From NCBI GenBank assembly GCA_963850305.1, contig CAWKKR010000008.1, positions 480,001 through 544,000 of the forward strand: DNA of 64,000 nt, given 5' to 3'. Numbering within the stretch: the first letter of the stretch is position 1; every line of letters starts with the position of its first letter. A program made the position numbers and the translations under genes. Source of the DNA: an uncultured delta proteobacterium (GTDB lineage Bacteria; Myxococcota_A; Polyangia; Polyangiales; Polyangiaceae). The notes under the pieces are model-generated. The model saw only the letters and a list, made by a program, of their open reading frames with translations, had not been told where the DNA came from and did not search any database. Shown piece after piece: positions 1 through 8,909 of the stretch.

Positions 1-1045
1 TCATCGCCATCAGGATCGTGCCGTAGTACCCGAACGGCATCTTCGGGGACTCCGCGAAGTAGCGCAGCTTTTGATACGGGCGCGATGCCTGCGCGTGGTG
101 ATCGGCGTGGCGCGACAACCCAACGAGCGTGCGGAGGGTGAAGGCGTTGTCCGTGTCCCAGGAGTCGACCGGCGTCACGGTGCGCGTCGCGCGCGTGATC
201 CCCCAGTGTTCGATGTAGTTCACCGTCTCGAGCAGCGTGATGGCCGAGCGAGACTGGAACAGGAAGAACACCATCGCGACGGGCCCGAACACGACGAAGT
301 AGGCCGCGACGATGAGCACCTCCGCGACGACACCCTGAAGCACGCGATGCCCGATCATGCGGCCGTCCGTGAATTTCATCTTCTCGTCGCCGAGCCTGAT
401 CTTTTCGAGACGCCACGCGCTGACGAACTGGGCGGGGATCGTGCGCCGCATGAACTCGCGGAGCGTTTCGCCGAAACGTGCCGTCGCCGGGTCCGCTCGC
501 GTGCCGAGGCGCGGGTGGTGCCCTCGCACGTGTTCCGTCGCGAACTGCTCGTACAGCACGAACATCAGCAGGAGTCGCCCCAGGAAGAAATCGAGACGCC
601 CGCGCCGGTGAACGAGCTCATGACCCAGCACGATGCCCGAATATCCCGCGGTCGTGCCGCTCACGATGAGGACCCCGAAGAGATTCGCCAGCGTCATCCC
701 AGCCGCCGACCAAGAGGTGAAATGAAGCCTCGAAGCCATGACCCCGAGCAGCACGTGATTTGCGAGCTGTAGGCCGACCAAGAGGTACATTTGCAGATCG
801 AATGGCCAGCTCGGAAGATCCTCGGGAGGTTGCCGGTGATCGACTGGACTCTCGTTGTCCACCACGACCAGGATCCAGATGGGCATCGTCCAGAGCAGCG
901 CGCTCCACCAGACGTGCGGGCCCGTGATCAAGAACACCAGGTTGATGATGGGCAGCACGAAGGCCCAGAGGTGCAGAGACCAGGTGCGCAGCGCGCTTAT
1001 CGTCGGGGTGTTGGCCGGTCCGATGGCAAAGGCGGCTCGGTTCAT
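1..1045 (-). CDS. alkB: Alkane 1-monooxygenase (AlkB)-like membrane di-iron hydroxylase, 3' end outside window
   Basis: Not in the ORF track because it has no stop in the window. Manual minus-strand translation from ATG 1045 (MNRAAFAIG...) gives hydrophobic segments and the AlkB His boxes HELVH, EHVRGHH, NYIEHWG and LSRHADHH. Confidence 0.85.
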   Translation of the reverse strand, partial: MNRAAFAIGPANTPTISALRTWSLHLWAFVLPIINLVFLITGPHVWWSALLWTMPIWILVVVDNESPVDHRQPPEDLPSWPFDLQMYLLVGLQLANHVLLGVMASRLHFTSWSAAGMTLANLFGVLIVSGTTAGYSGIVLGHELVHRRGRLDFFLGRLLLMFVLYEQFATEHVRGHHPRLGTRADPATARFGETLREFMRRTIPAQFVSAWRLEKIRLGDEKMKFTDGRMIGHRVLQGVVAEVLIVAAYFVVFGPVAMVFFLFQSRSAITLLETVNYIEHWGITRATRTVTPVDSWDTDNAFTLRTLVGLSRHADHHAQASRPYQKLRYFAESPKMPFGYYGTILMAM

Positions 1046-1089
1046 GATTGACTCCCGCGTGAGGATCTCTGCACCCCTCGGTTTATTTC

Positions 1090-1132
1090 AGATACGACTC
1101 CGTATGTCAATGACATGCGGTTTAGTATGTTG
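1090..1132. promoter_or_regulatory. Putative operator: palindrome ATGTCA-A-TGACAT (1104-1116) flanked by two imperfect dyads, in the divergent alkB/ferredoxin intergenic region
   Basis: AT-rich 105-bp intergenic stretch. CGTATGTCA-A-TGACATGCG is a near-perfect inverted repeat, and ATACG-ACTC-CGTAT overlaps it. Confidence 0.45.
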
Positions 1133-1150
1133 AATGGAGTTACGTGAGAG

Positions 1151-1339
1151 ATGAAAATCATTGTCGATTTCGATGTTTGCCAGAGTCACGGGCTGTGCAC
1201 GGAGGCCGCCCCGGAGGTCTTCGAGATTCGGGACGACGGCTTCCTCTACATCCTGAACGAGACCCCACCGGAGTCACTCCGCGCGAAAGTCGAGAAGGCA
1301 ATGCGCGAATGCCCGACCGGCGCCATACAGCTGGGCTGA
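1151..1339 (+). CDS. Small ferredoxin (3Fe-4S/4Fe-4S single-cluster type)
   Basis: 62 aa with CQSHGLC...CPTGAI (CxxHxxC...CP). Confidence 0.9.
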   Translation: MKIIVDFDVCQSHGLCTEAAPEVFEIRDDGFLYILNETPPESLRAKVEKAMRECPTGAIQLG

Positions 1340-1343
1340 GGTC

Positions 1344-2510
1344 GTGACCCGAGAACACGTCGCCGTCGTCGGAGGGTCGCTTTCGGGACTTCGTGCGGTG
1401 GAGGCCCTGCGACGGCGTGGCTTCGACGGTACGATCACCTGGATCGGTGCGGAACCGCATCGTCCTTATGATCGCCCGCCGCTGTCCAAGCAGATCCTGC
1501 GCGGTGATTGGGAGCCTGAGCGCGCGACCCTGAAGGCCACCTATGAAACCCTCGACGTCGAATTCCGGTTCGGGACGCGCGCGACGGCGCTCGAGGTGCG
1601 ATCGCGGCGCGTCCAGCTGTCCGACGGCAGCTCGGTCATGTACGACCGCCTCGTCATCGCGACGGGCGCGACCGCTCGCGCGTTGCCGGGAGCCGAATCA
1701 CTGCCCGGTGTCCATAGGCTCCGCACTCTCGAGGACGCGATCGCCATTCGGCGCGCACTGGTGGAGAAGCCGCGCGTCGCGATCGTCGGGGCCGGCTTCA
1801 TCGGACTCGAGGTCGCCGCTTCCTGTCGCGCGCTCGGCATCGACGTCACGGTCGTCGAATCGGCGCCGGTCCCGCTCGCCAACGCCATCGGGGAAACGAT
1901 GGGAACGGCGATCGCGGAGCTTCACCGCGCGCGCGGCGTGCAACTCGTGACGGGCGTCGGCGTCGAGCGCGTGCTCGGCGATGGGCGGGCTCGCGGGCTC
2001 CACTTGACCGACGGCCGCGCCGTGTCGGCGGACCTCATCATCGTCGGTATCGGCGTCGTGCCGAACACGGATTGGCTCGAGGGTTCGGGCCTCGTCGTGT
2101 CGAACGGCGTCGTTTGCGACGAATACGGGCGCACGAGCGTGCCAGGGGTGGTCGCGTGTGGAGACGTCGCGCGGTGGCGGAACCCGCTCTTCGAAGAGAG
2201 CTTCCGCGTCGAACACTGGACGAACGCCGTCGAGCAAGCCAACAGCGCCGTCGCCGCACTCTTCGACGATACGTCCGAGCTCGTGCCGATCGTTCCGTAT
2301 TTCTGGTCGGATCAATACGACGCGAAAATCCAATTTGCGGGGCGGATCGCACCCGGGGACGAGCTCCGTATCGAAGAAGGCTCCGTTGCGGCCAAGAACC
2401 TCGTCGCGACGTACGGGCGTCAAGGCCGTCTGCGCGGCGTGCTCACGGTGAACAAGCCGGCAGCGCTGGTTCGGTTCCGCCGCGCAATCGCTGCGGGGGC
2501 AGCTTTCTGA
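1344..2510 (+). CDS. FAD/NAD(P)H-dependent ferredoxin reductase
   Basis: GGSLSG, PYDRPPLSK, ATG, GAGFIGLE, GD and PYFWSDQY motifs; starts 4 nt after the ferredoxin. Confidence 0.9.
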   Translation: MTREHVAVVGGSLSGLRAVEALRRRGFDGTITWIGAEPHRPYDRPPLSKQILRGDWEPERATLKATYETLDVEFRFGTRATALEVRSRRVQLSDGSSVMYDRLVIATGATARALPGAESLPGVHRLRTLEDAIAIRRALVEKPRVAIVGAGFIGLEVAASCRALGIDVTVVESAPVPLANAIGETMGTAIAELHRARGVQLVTGVGVERVLGDGRARGLHLTDGRAVSADLIIVGIGVVPNTDWLEGSGLVVSNGVVCDEYGRTSVPGVVACGDVARWRNPLFEESFRVEHWTNAVEQANSAVAALFDDTSELVPIVPYFWSDQYDAKIQFAGRIAPGDELRIEEGSVAAKNLVATYGRQGRLRGVLTVNKPAALVRFRRAIAAGAAF

Positions 2511-2543
2511 ACCGCGCGTTCGCGTGGGCGCGCTTTCAGCCTT

Positions 2544-3863
2544 CTACTGGATTTTCTCGATCTTCGTTGGGCATCCCAGCACCACCTGCACGGTACCCCC
2601 GCCCTGCGCGAGCTTCTGACAGGTGTTCGGGCAGAGCGTGAGCTGCGTGTTGCCGGTGTCGAAAAACCACTCGTCGTTGGCCGTGCTGTCCCCGGCCGCA
2701 GCGCAATCGCCGGAGGTGGGCACCTGGAAGACGTCCGAGGAGCCCGCGTTGGGCGGCGAGTACGTCACGTTCACCTTCGTCGGGTCGACGGTGCCGTCGT
2801 TCGGCACGCCGAAGTCGCACGAGATCGCCTGGCCGCGGATCTGGTCGAGCGCGGCGGCAAATTGTTGCCCGACGTTGCCACCGGTATCGACGATGAACGC
2901 AGTCTGGGTTCCGCCCGCCTGGGCGAGCGCGTTCAGTGACGTGAGCGAGCTGCCGACGCCAATCACGAAAGTCGGAATGGACGGAACCGGCGGATTCGCG
3001 GTCGGATTCCCGGCAAGGGCCGGCGCCACGAGATCGCCCGCGATCGTTCCAGGGGTCGTCCCGGTGCCAACCACGTCATCCGCGTCGCAGCCGTTCGGAT
3101 CGCCGTCGGTTGCGAGCACGACGACGGTCTTCTCACCGAGATGGGACTGCGCCCAGCCAGTGGCGTATTGGTAAGCACCTTGCAGCGCTGGATAGGTCGG
3201 CGTTCCGCCGCCCGGACCGTGGTTGCCGAGGGATGTCGAGATCGCCGGCCCCACTCCCGGAAGCAATCCGATCCCCACGTCCGGGGTCGCATAGTCGGAA
3301 GCGGTGCACGAACCGCCCGTGGCCGAGAAGCATATGTTTATGAACGGAATACAGGTGCACCCGGATTGCCCCGAGGTGCACTGGCCATTGCCGCTCGTCG
3401 TGTACGGGAAATATCCAATGCCCGCGCTCGTGCCCGCATTCGCCGGATCCGCCACGAAGCCATCGAGCGAGCCCGAAACCGCTGCCCACTTCGATGGGCT
3501 GCCGTCGTTCATCGATCCGGATTGATCGACGAGGAAATACATGTCGAGCGGCTGGCGTTCACCTTGATGAACTTCAGTCGCGCAGCCGGCGTCGGCACCG
3601 AGGTCGCCTCCACCGTTGTCGCCTCCGCTCGAAAATAGAGCGCCCCCAAAGCTCGAGTTCCCGCTGCCCTCGCTGGAGCCCGAGCCATCTCCGCCGGATG
3701 AGCCCGATGATCCTGCGCCCGCCGATGAACCTTGAGAGCCACTCCCGCCGCCGAGGCCAGCCTGGCCGGTCGACGGGGAGCACGAGGCCAGCCAAGATGC
3801 GGACGTGAATGCGGCGAGAAGCGCGAGCGCCGCGTGCGGTCTCTCGTTGCGAAAGCTATGCAT
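2544..3863 (-). CDS. vWA-domain lipoprotein
   Basis: Lipobox-like WLASC, Gly/Ser-rich linker, MIDAS DQSGS, TPT and VLATDG, Cys-rich C-terminus. Confidence 0.8.
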   Translation of the reverse strand: MHSFRNERPHAALALLAAFTSASWLASCSPSTGQAGLGGGSGSQGSSAGAGSSGSSGGDGSGSSEGSGNSSFGGALFSSGGDNGGGDLGADAGCATEVHQGERQPLDMYFLVDQSGSMNDGSPSKWAAVSGSLDGFVADPANAGTSAGIGYFPYTTSGNGQCTSGQSGCTCIPFINICFSATGGSCTASDYATPDVGIGLLPGVGPAISTSLGNHGPGGGTPTYPALQGAYQYATGWAQSHLGEKTVVVLATDGDPNGCDADDVVGTGTTPGTIAGDLVAPALAGNPTANPPVPSIPTFVIGVGSSLTSLNALAQAGGTQTAFIVDTGGNVGQQFAAALDQIRGQAISCDFGVPNDGTVDPTKVNVTYSPPNAGSSDVFQVPTSGDCAAAGDSTANDEWFFDTGNTQLTLCPNTCQKLAQGGGTVQVVLGCPTKIEKIQ

Positions 3864-4009
3864 GGCTGAACCTCGTCGGACGCTCGTGAACTCCTGAACC
3901 CGCGCCAGCGTGTTTCTCGAATGAGTCTAGTCGATCCTTCGCGCCCTTGCCTGCGGTTCCGGCCCGGAGGCGTCGCGAGGACGCGCGACTCCCTGCGTCA
4001 CAGCAGCGT

Positions 4010-5704
4010 CTATTTGCGCAGGCCGTATTTCTCGATCTTGTAGATCAGCGCCCGCCGGGACATTCCAAGGCGCCGCGCGGCTCGAGTCTGATTGCCATTT
4101 TCCGCGCCCAGTGCTTCTTCGATGCTCCGGCGCTCCAGATCCGCGAGCTTGTCCTTCACGGTTCCTGCGGTGGCAGTGGGAGAACTGGCTACAGGCGCAT
4201 CCCGCCGGCGCAGAGATTCCGGGAGGTGCTCGACGCCGATCCGGCCTCCGTCGGCAAGAACGACGGCGTGCTCCATCGCGTTCTTCAGCTCGCGCACGTT
4301 GCCCGGCCATGGGTGACGAACGAGCGCCGCGACGGCCGAGTGGTCGAACGTCGGTGGTGCACGATCCGCCCGTCGCGAACTCTCACGCGCGAACATCTCC
4401 GCCAACAGCGCGATCTCGGCGTGACGCTCACGAAGCGGCGGCACGTTCAGCGTGAACGCGCTCAGCCGATAATAGAGGTCCTCGCGAAACCGTCCTTCCG
4501 AAACTTCATTCTGCAGATCGCGGTGCGTTGCCGAGAGGACGCGAACATCGATCGGGTGTTCCTGGGTGCCCCCGAGGCGCCGGACTTCGCGATTCTCGAG
4601 CACGTTGAGGAGCTTCACTTGCACCGTGACCGGCAGCTCCCCTATTTCATCGAGGAACAACGTGCCGCCCTGCGCACCTTCGAGATAACCGATCTTGCGG
4701 CGATCGGCGCCGGTGAAGGCGCCGCGTTCGTGACCGAACAGCTCGCTCTCGAGCAGAGTCTCCGGCAACGATGCGCAGTTCAAGCGAACGAAGGGCCCCT
4801 GCGCGCGCGCGCTCCATCGATGAATCTGCTCGGCGATGACCTCCTTGCCGACGCCGGTCTCGCCCAGGATGAGCACGGTCGTCTGCACGGCCGCGAGCTT
4901 CCGCGCGAGCTGGAACACCTGCACCATCGCCGGATCGGCGACGACCACGCCATCGCGCGTGTCGGGTATCGGCGCGGCGACGCCGGCTGAGGTGCGCGCC
5001 CAGAGTTCCTGCGCCGTCGACCCCTGATCCGGGAAGCGCGCAGTCGTGAGCTGTACGCCCGGTCGCGAGCGCAGCGGCGACAAGACACGCTCGACGATGG
5101 CGGCGTCCCCCTCCTCGAGCAGCGCAGCGTATTCGCCGTCACCGCGCTCCTCGACGACAGCCATGGGGCCGAGAAGCTCGGTGAGCGACCCTAGCCCGTC
5201 GGGATACCGCTCGAGGTCCATCACGATGCGGCAAAGGACGGCGCGTGCTCCTGGCGCCGCGAACCGCGCGAGCTCGCGCTCGAGCCGGCTACTCGATACA
5301 CCGGGGCCGCGGGTCTCGGCCGTTGCCACGATTGCCTCGACGTCACCGACGCGAATGACGTCACCGCCGACGACGGGCGAGGTCTCGCCGCGCAGGCGCT
5401 TCTCGTTCACCTTGGTGCCGTTGCGACTCCCGAGATCGATCAACTCGAGCTCGCGACCGCTGCGACGGAGCTCGGCATGACGACGCGATGCGCGGGAATC
5501 GTCGACGCGTACGTGCGACTCCGGGGCGCGCCCGAAAACGACCGTGCCACCATCGGATAGATCGACGACGCGCGTCGATTCACCGTCGGTTACGAGCAGA
5601 TACACCCGGAATCCGGTGGCGGGCGTCACGCCGTCGAGCCCGTCCACCTGCGTTCCCGGATCGAACTCCGTCGGGCCCTCGATGGGGTTCCGCTTGCCGT
5701 TCAT
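4010..5704 (-). CDS. FHA-domain sigma54-dependent transcriptional activator (Fis-type HTH)
   Basis: FHA (GR, SRRH, SRNG), Walker A GETGVGKE, GAFTGA, LFLDEIG, WPGNVREL, C-terminal HTH (NQTRAARRLG). Confidence 0.93.
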   Translation of the reverse strand: MNGKRNPIEGPTEFDPGTQVDGLDGVTPATGFRVYLLVTDGESTRVVDLSDGGTVVFGRAPESHVRVDDSRASRRHAELRRSGRELELIDLGSRNGTKVNEKRLRGETSPVVGGDVIRVGDVEAIVATAETRGPGVSSSRLERELARFAAPGARAVLCRIVMDLERYPDGLGSLTELLGPMAVVEERGDGEYAALLEEGDAAIVERVLSPLRSRPGVQLTTARFPDQGSTAQELWARTSAGVAAPIPDTRDGVVVADPAMVQVFQLARKLAAVQTTVLILGETGVGKEVIAEQIHRWSARAQGPFVRLNCASLPETLLESELFGHERGAFTGADRRKIGYLEGAQGGTLFLDEIGELPVTVQVKLLNVLENREVRRLGGTQEHPIDVRVLSATHRDLQNEVSEGRFREDLYYRLSAFTLNVPPLRERHAEIALLAEMFARESSRRADRAPPTFDHSAVAALVRHPWPGNVRELKNAMEHAVVLADGGRIGVEHLPESLRRRDAPVASSPTATAGTVKDKLADLERRSIEEALGAENGNQTRAARRLGMSRRALIYKIEKYGLRK

Positions 5705-5799
5705 GTGCCCGCACGATCGATGCGCACGTTGTACGCCGCGTGCGCAGGAAATTTGAGCTTCTCAGCCACTTCTGTGGACGACTAGCGCGTTTGCAAGCG

Positions 5800-5815
5800 C
5801 GGCACCAGTCTTGCT
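5800..5815 (+). promoter_or_regulatory. Putative sigma54 (-24/-12) promoter
   Basis: CGGCACCAGTCTTGCT has GG-N10-GC spacing matching the TGGCAC-N5-TTGC consensus. It lies between the sigma54 activator and the divergent TPR/kinase genes. Confidence 0.6.
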
Positions 5816-6035
5816 TTATGAGCGCATCACGCACTCGCCGGCCGCTCGCGCCATCGTGTTAACGCGCCGCCCTCGATGGCGCGGGCGGTCCGGCGGGAAG
5901 CAATTCGAACTCATCGCCACTCCCGTTGCAACATTCTGCAAAGCCAAGCGTCCCGGAGCCTCGATGACTGACAAGTAGAAGGCCGATTCGCCGCTCTGAT
6001 GCGACGGGAGCGGACCTTTCTGTTATCGTGGCCAC

Positions 6036-7034
6036 GTGCTTCGGCGCTTGCTTGGCCCCGCCTTGGTCGCCGCGGTTTTAGCCTCTTCAGGGCACGCCCG
6101 CGCTCAGGACGCCCAGGGGCTGTTCGACGAGGGGCTCAGTGAAATGAAGGCTGGGCGCTACAAGCTCGGCTGCGCGCTCATCAAGCGCAGCCTGGACGTG
6201 GACGCGCGTCCAGGGACGCTCTTTACCTTGGCCGAGTGCTACTCGCGCGCGGGGAAGTACGCGTCGGCCGTGTCGCTGTACGATCGTTTTCTCGCCGTCT
6301 ACGAGAGCATGCCAGCGGACGAGAAGCCGCAGCAGCAGGCTCGCGCCGATATCTCTCGCACGGAACGAACCCGCCTGGTGACTCAAGTTGCGTGGCTTAC
6401 CGTCAGGCTACCCACGTTCGCGCCGCCCAACGTCGTCGTGACCCTCGACGGGGACGATTTCGCCGCGAGCTTGTTCGGAGTCGCCACCGCGGTGGATCCT
6501 GGCCCGCACGTTTTCACGACGCGCGCCACGGATGGCCCACTCATCGAGCAGCGGATCGACATTGCGCCTGGAGAGCGCAAATCAACGGTGCTCGAGGTGA
6601 GATCTGCCGGGTCGTGGACACCACCGGCCGACTCCTCGCCACAGCCCGCGGGAGCCGTCCCCGAGACGACGCAAGCGAACGGAACACATACGAACCCCTG
6701 GGTGTATGTGGCCGGCGGCATCGGGGCGGCGGGGCTCGTCACGGGAACCGTCACCGGCGTGCTACTTCTCGGCAAGCGAAGCACCATCGAACGCGATTGT
6801 GCGACCAATCGAATCTGCACGTCGCAGGAAGGTTTCGACGCCGTTCACGCCGCGCAGGGAACGCTCGCCCCCATCACCACGGTAGCGTTGACCGTGGGCG
6901 TCGCTGGAGCGATCACCGCCGTCGTGCTGATGGTTACCGGCGGGTCCCAGAGTGCGACGCCTCAGGCGGCGACCACGCCGGTTGTCGGGTTCTCGCCCTC
7001 GGGCGCAACACTGGGGCTGCACGCCACCTGGTGA
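6036..7034 (+). CDS. Secreted TPR/PEGA-like protein with C-terminal hydrophobic segments
   Basis: Signal peptide (ARA-Q), TPR-like helices (LFTLAECY), PEGA-like beta domain (VDPGPHVF), C-terminal TM-like segments. Confidence 0.7.
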   Translation: MLRRLLGPALVAAVLASSGHARAQDAQGLFDEGLSEMKAGRYKLGCALIKRSLDVDARPGTLFTLAECYSRAGKYASAVSLYDRFLAVYESMPADEKPQQQARADISRTERTRLVTQVAWLTVRLPTFAPPNVVVTLDGDDFAASLFGVATAVDPGPHVFTTRATDGPLIEQRIDIAPGERKSTVLEVRSAGSWTPPADSSPQPAGAVPETTQANGTHTNPWVYVAGGIGAAGLVTGTVTGVLLLGKRSTIERDCATNRICTSQEGFDAVHAAQGTLAPITTVALTVGVAGAITAVVLMVTGGSQSATPQAATTPVVGFSPSGATLGLHATW

Positions 7035-7213
7035 ATTTCCGAACCGGACAGATTCCATCCTAGGCGCATCGCGTTATGCGACACCGGCCGGGAGGGACGC
7101 CCTCGTTCGCGGCCGTCGCCACCGGATTTCGAGCGGAAATACCCGCGTTTCCGGGCCTTTCCTGGGGAATCGCTGCACGCTCGACCGCTATCTTGTACGC
7201 TGTTTCAGGCTTC

Positions 7214-8818
7214 ATGGCCGCGGCGGCGCTTCAGGAAGGCGATGTCTTCGCCAGTCGATACCGTATCGTGCGCGAACTGGCGTCCGGCGGGATGGGAGCG
7301 GTGTACGAGGTCGTCCATAACGTCACCGAGCGGCGATGCGCCCTCAAAGTAATGCTCTCACACACGGTCGAGCGCGAGCAGCTCCGCAAGCGGTTCATGC
7401 AGGAGTCGCGGCTCGCTGCGCAGATCGGTAGCGACTACATCGTCGACGTTCTCGACGCGGGCGTCGACGAAGAAACCAAGGCGCCGTACTTGGTAATGGA
7501 GTTGCTCGAGGGCGAAGACCTCGGTCAGCGCCTTCTGCGACAAGGTCCGTTGTCTCGCGAAGAGGCCGTCGGTTATCTCTGGCACGCCGCGCTTGCGCTC
7601 GACAGAACGCACCAGGCCGGCATCGTCCATCGGGATCTCAAGGCGAGCAATCTGTTCTTGACGCGACGCGAGGACGGCACCCCACTCGTCAAGGTTCTCG
7701 ATTTCGGTATCGCGAAGGTGCTCACGATGGAGCGCTCCGGCGAGCAACGGACCCAGACCGTCGGTACGCCGATCTACATGGCGCCCGAACAGTTCCGAGC
7801 AGACGGGCGCATTTCGTCGGCAACGGACATCTACGCTCTGGGCATGCTCGCGTACACACTCCTCGTCGGGGTTCACTATTGGACCCGCGAACACGAGAAA
7901 TGCGAGAACCCGTTCGCGTTCGCCAGTATCGCCGTGCACGGACCGAAGGAGGATCCGTCGGCACGCGCTGCGAGAGAGAACGTGACGTTGCCGGGCACCT
8001 TCGATGGTTGGTTCTTCAAGGCCACGAGCCGATGGCCGCAGGATCGATTCTCGAGCGCTACTGCCGCGGTCACCGAACTCGCGCGTTCCCTCGAAGTCGA
8101 AGCCCCGCTACAACCCCCTGCATCCGGGACGCAGACGATCGAGGCCCCCTCGGGGGATCGCATGCCTGCTGGCGCCGCGCTCCCGGCAACACTCGAATCG
8201 CCGTCGGGAAGAGTCCAGGGGCTGGGCGTGCGCCCCCCGACCCCGGCACCCGTTTCAGGCAAGACGGGTCCCTCGAACGGATCGCCGCGGGAACAACACA
8301 CTCAAGTCTCGCTCTCCGTGACGAGTGGCGAGTTGCCGTTTTCGCTCGCCCAACAAAAGCAGCCGCGCAGCCGCCTCATGGCCATCAGCGTCGCGACAGG
8401 TCTGGTCATCGCGGTCGCGACGACGGTAGTCGTCGTATCCGTCCGGTCCAGCGAGACGCGTGAGATCGTGAGGTCGGGACCCGCCGCCTATTCGTCGCCA
8501 TCCGTTGCCTCGACGGCGCCCGCCACTCCAGCAATGCCGCCGTCCGCCAACCCAGGCGACGGCCCGAGCGTCACACGGATCGACCAGCTCCCGTTCGCCC
8601 CGCCTGAGCAACCGCACGCGATCTCCGAACAATCGCTTCCGCTGGCGCCTCCGGTCGTCCCCGTTCATTCACGCGGACGCTCGGCTCTGGAACGGCATGT
8701 GGAGAGCCCTCGCCCGGAGGTCCCAATTCCCCCCGTGACCGAGCCCCCGGGGCGCGCGATCAGCTCGCCCCCGGTAACCAAGCCCATCGATCGTTACAGC
8801 CTCTACGGCCGCGACTGA
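7214..8818 (+). CDS. Membrane-anchored Ser/Thr protein kinase
   Basis: ASGGMGAV, ALK, HRDLKASN, DFG, GTPIYMAPE, TDIYALG, then a TM segment and Pro-rich tail. Start placed at the internal ATG. Confidence 0.92.
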   Translation: MAAAALQEGDVFASRYRIVRELASGGMGAVYEVVHNVTERRCALKVMLSHTVEREQLRKRFMQESRLAAQIGSDYIVDVLDAGVDEETKAPYLVMELLEGEDLGQRLLRQGPLSREEAVGYLWHAALALDRTHQAGIVHRDLKASNLFLTRREDGTPLVKVLDFGIAKVLTMERSGEQRTQTVGTPIYMAPEQFRADGRISSATDIYALGMLAYTLLVGVHYWTREHEKCENPFAFASIAVHGPKEDPSARAARENVTLPGTFDGWFFKATSRWPQDRFSSATAAVTELARSLEVEAPLQPPASGTQTIEAPSGDRMPAGAALPATLESPSGRVQGLGVRPPTPAPVSGKTGPSNGSPREQHTQVSLSVTSGELPFSLAQQKQPRSRLMAISVATGLVIAVATTVVVVSVRSSETREIVRSGPAAYSSPSVASTAPATPAMPPSANPGDGPSVTRIDQLPFAPPEQPHAISEQSLPLAPPVVPVHSRGRSALERHVESPRPEVPIPPVTEPPGRAISSPPVTKPIDRYSLYGRD

Positions 8819-8909
8819 GACGGCCGCCATCGACCGGGCGCGGACTTCGCGCCGGCAGATCCGTTGGCGGGGCGTTCCCCTTGGTTTCGGGGCGGAGGAA
8901 CCAGCCGCG

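Noticed and set aside
71..1051. Plus-strand ORFs 71-772 and 791-1051
   Set aside because: Antisense shadows of alkB.
3890..3910. Possible sigma54 promoter upstream of the vWA gene (TGGCGC on the minus strand)
   Set aside because: The -12 GC is absent at the required spacing.
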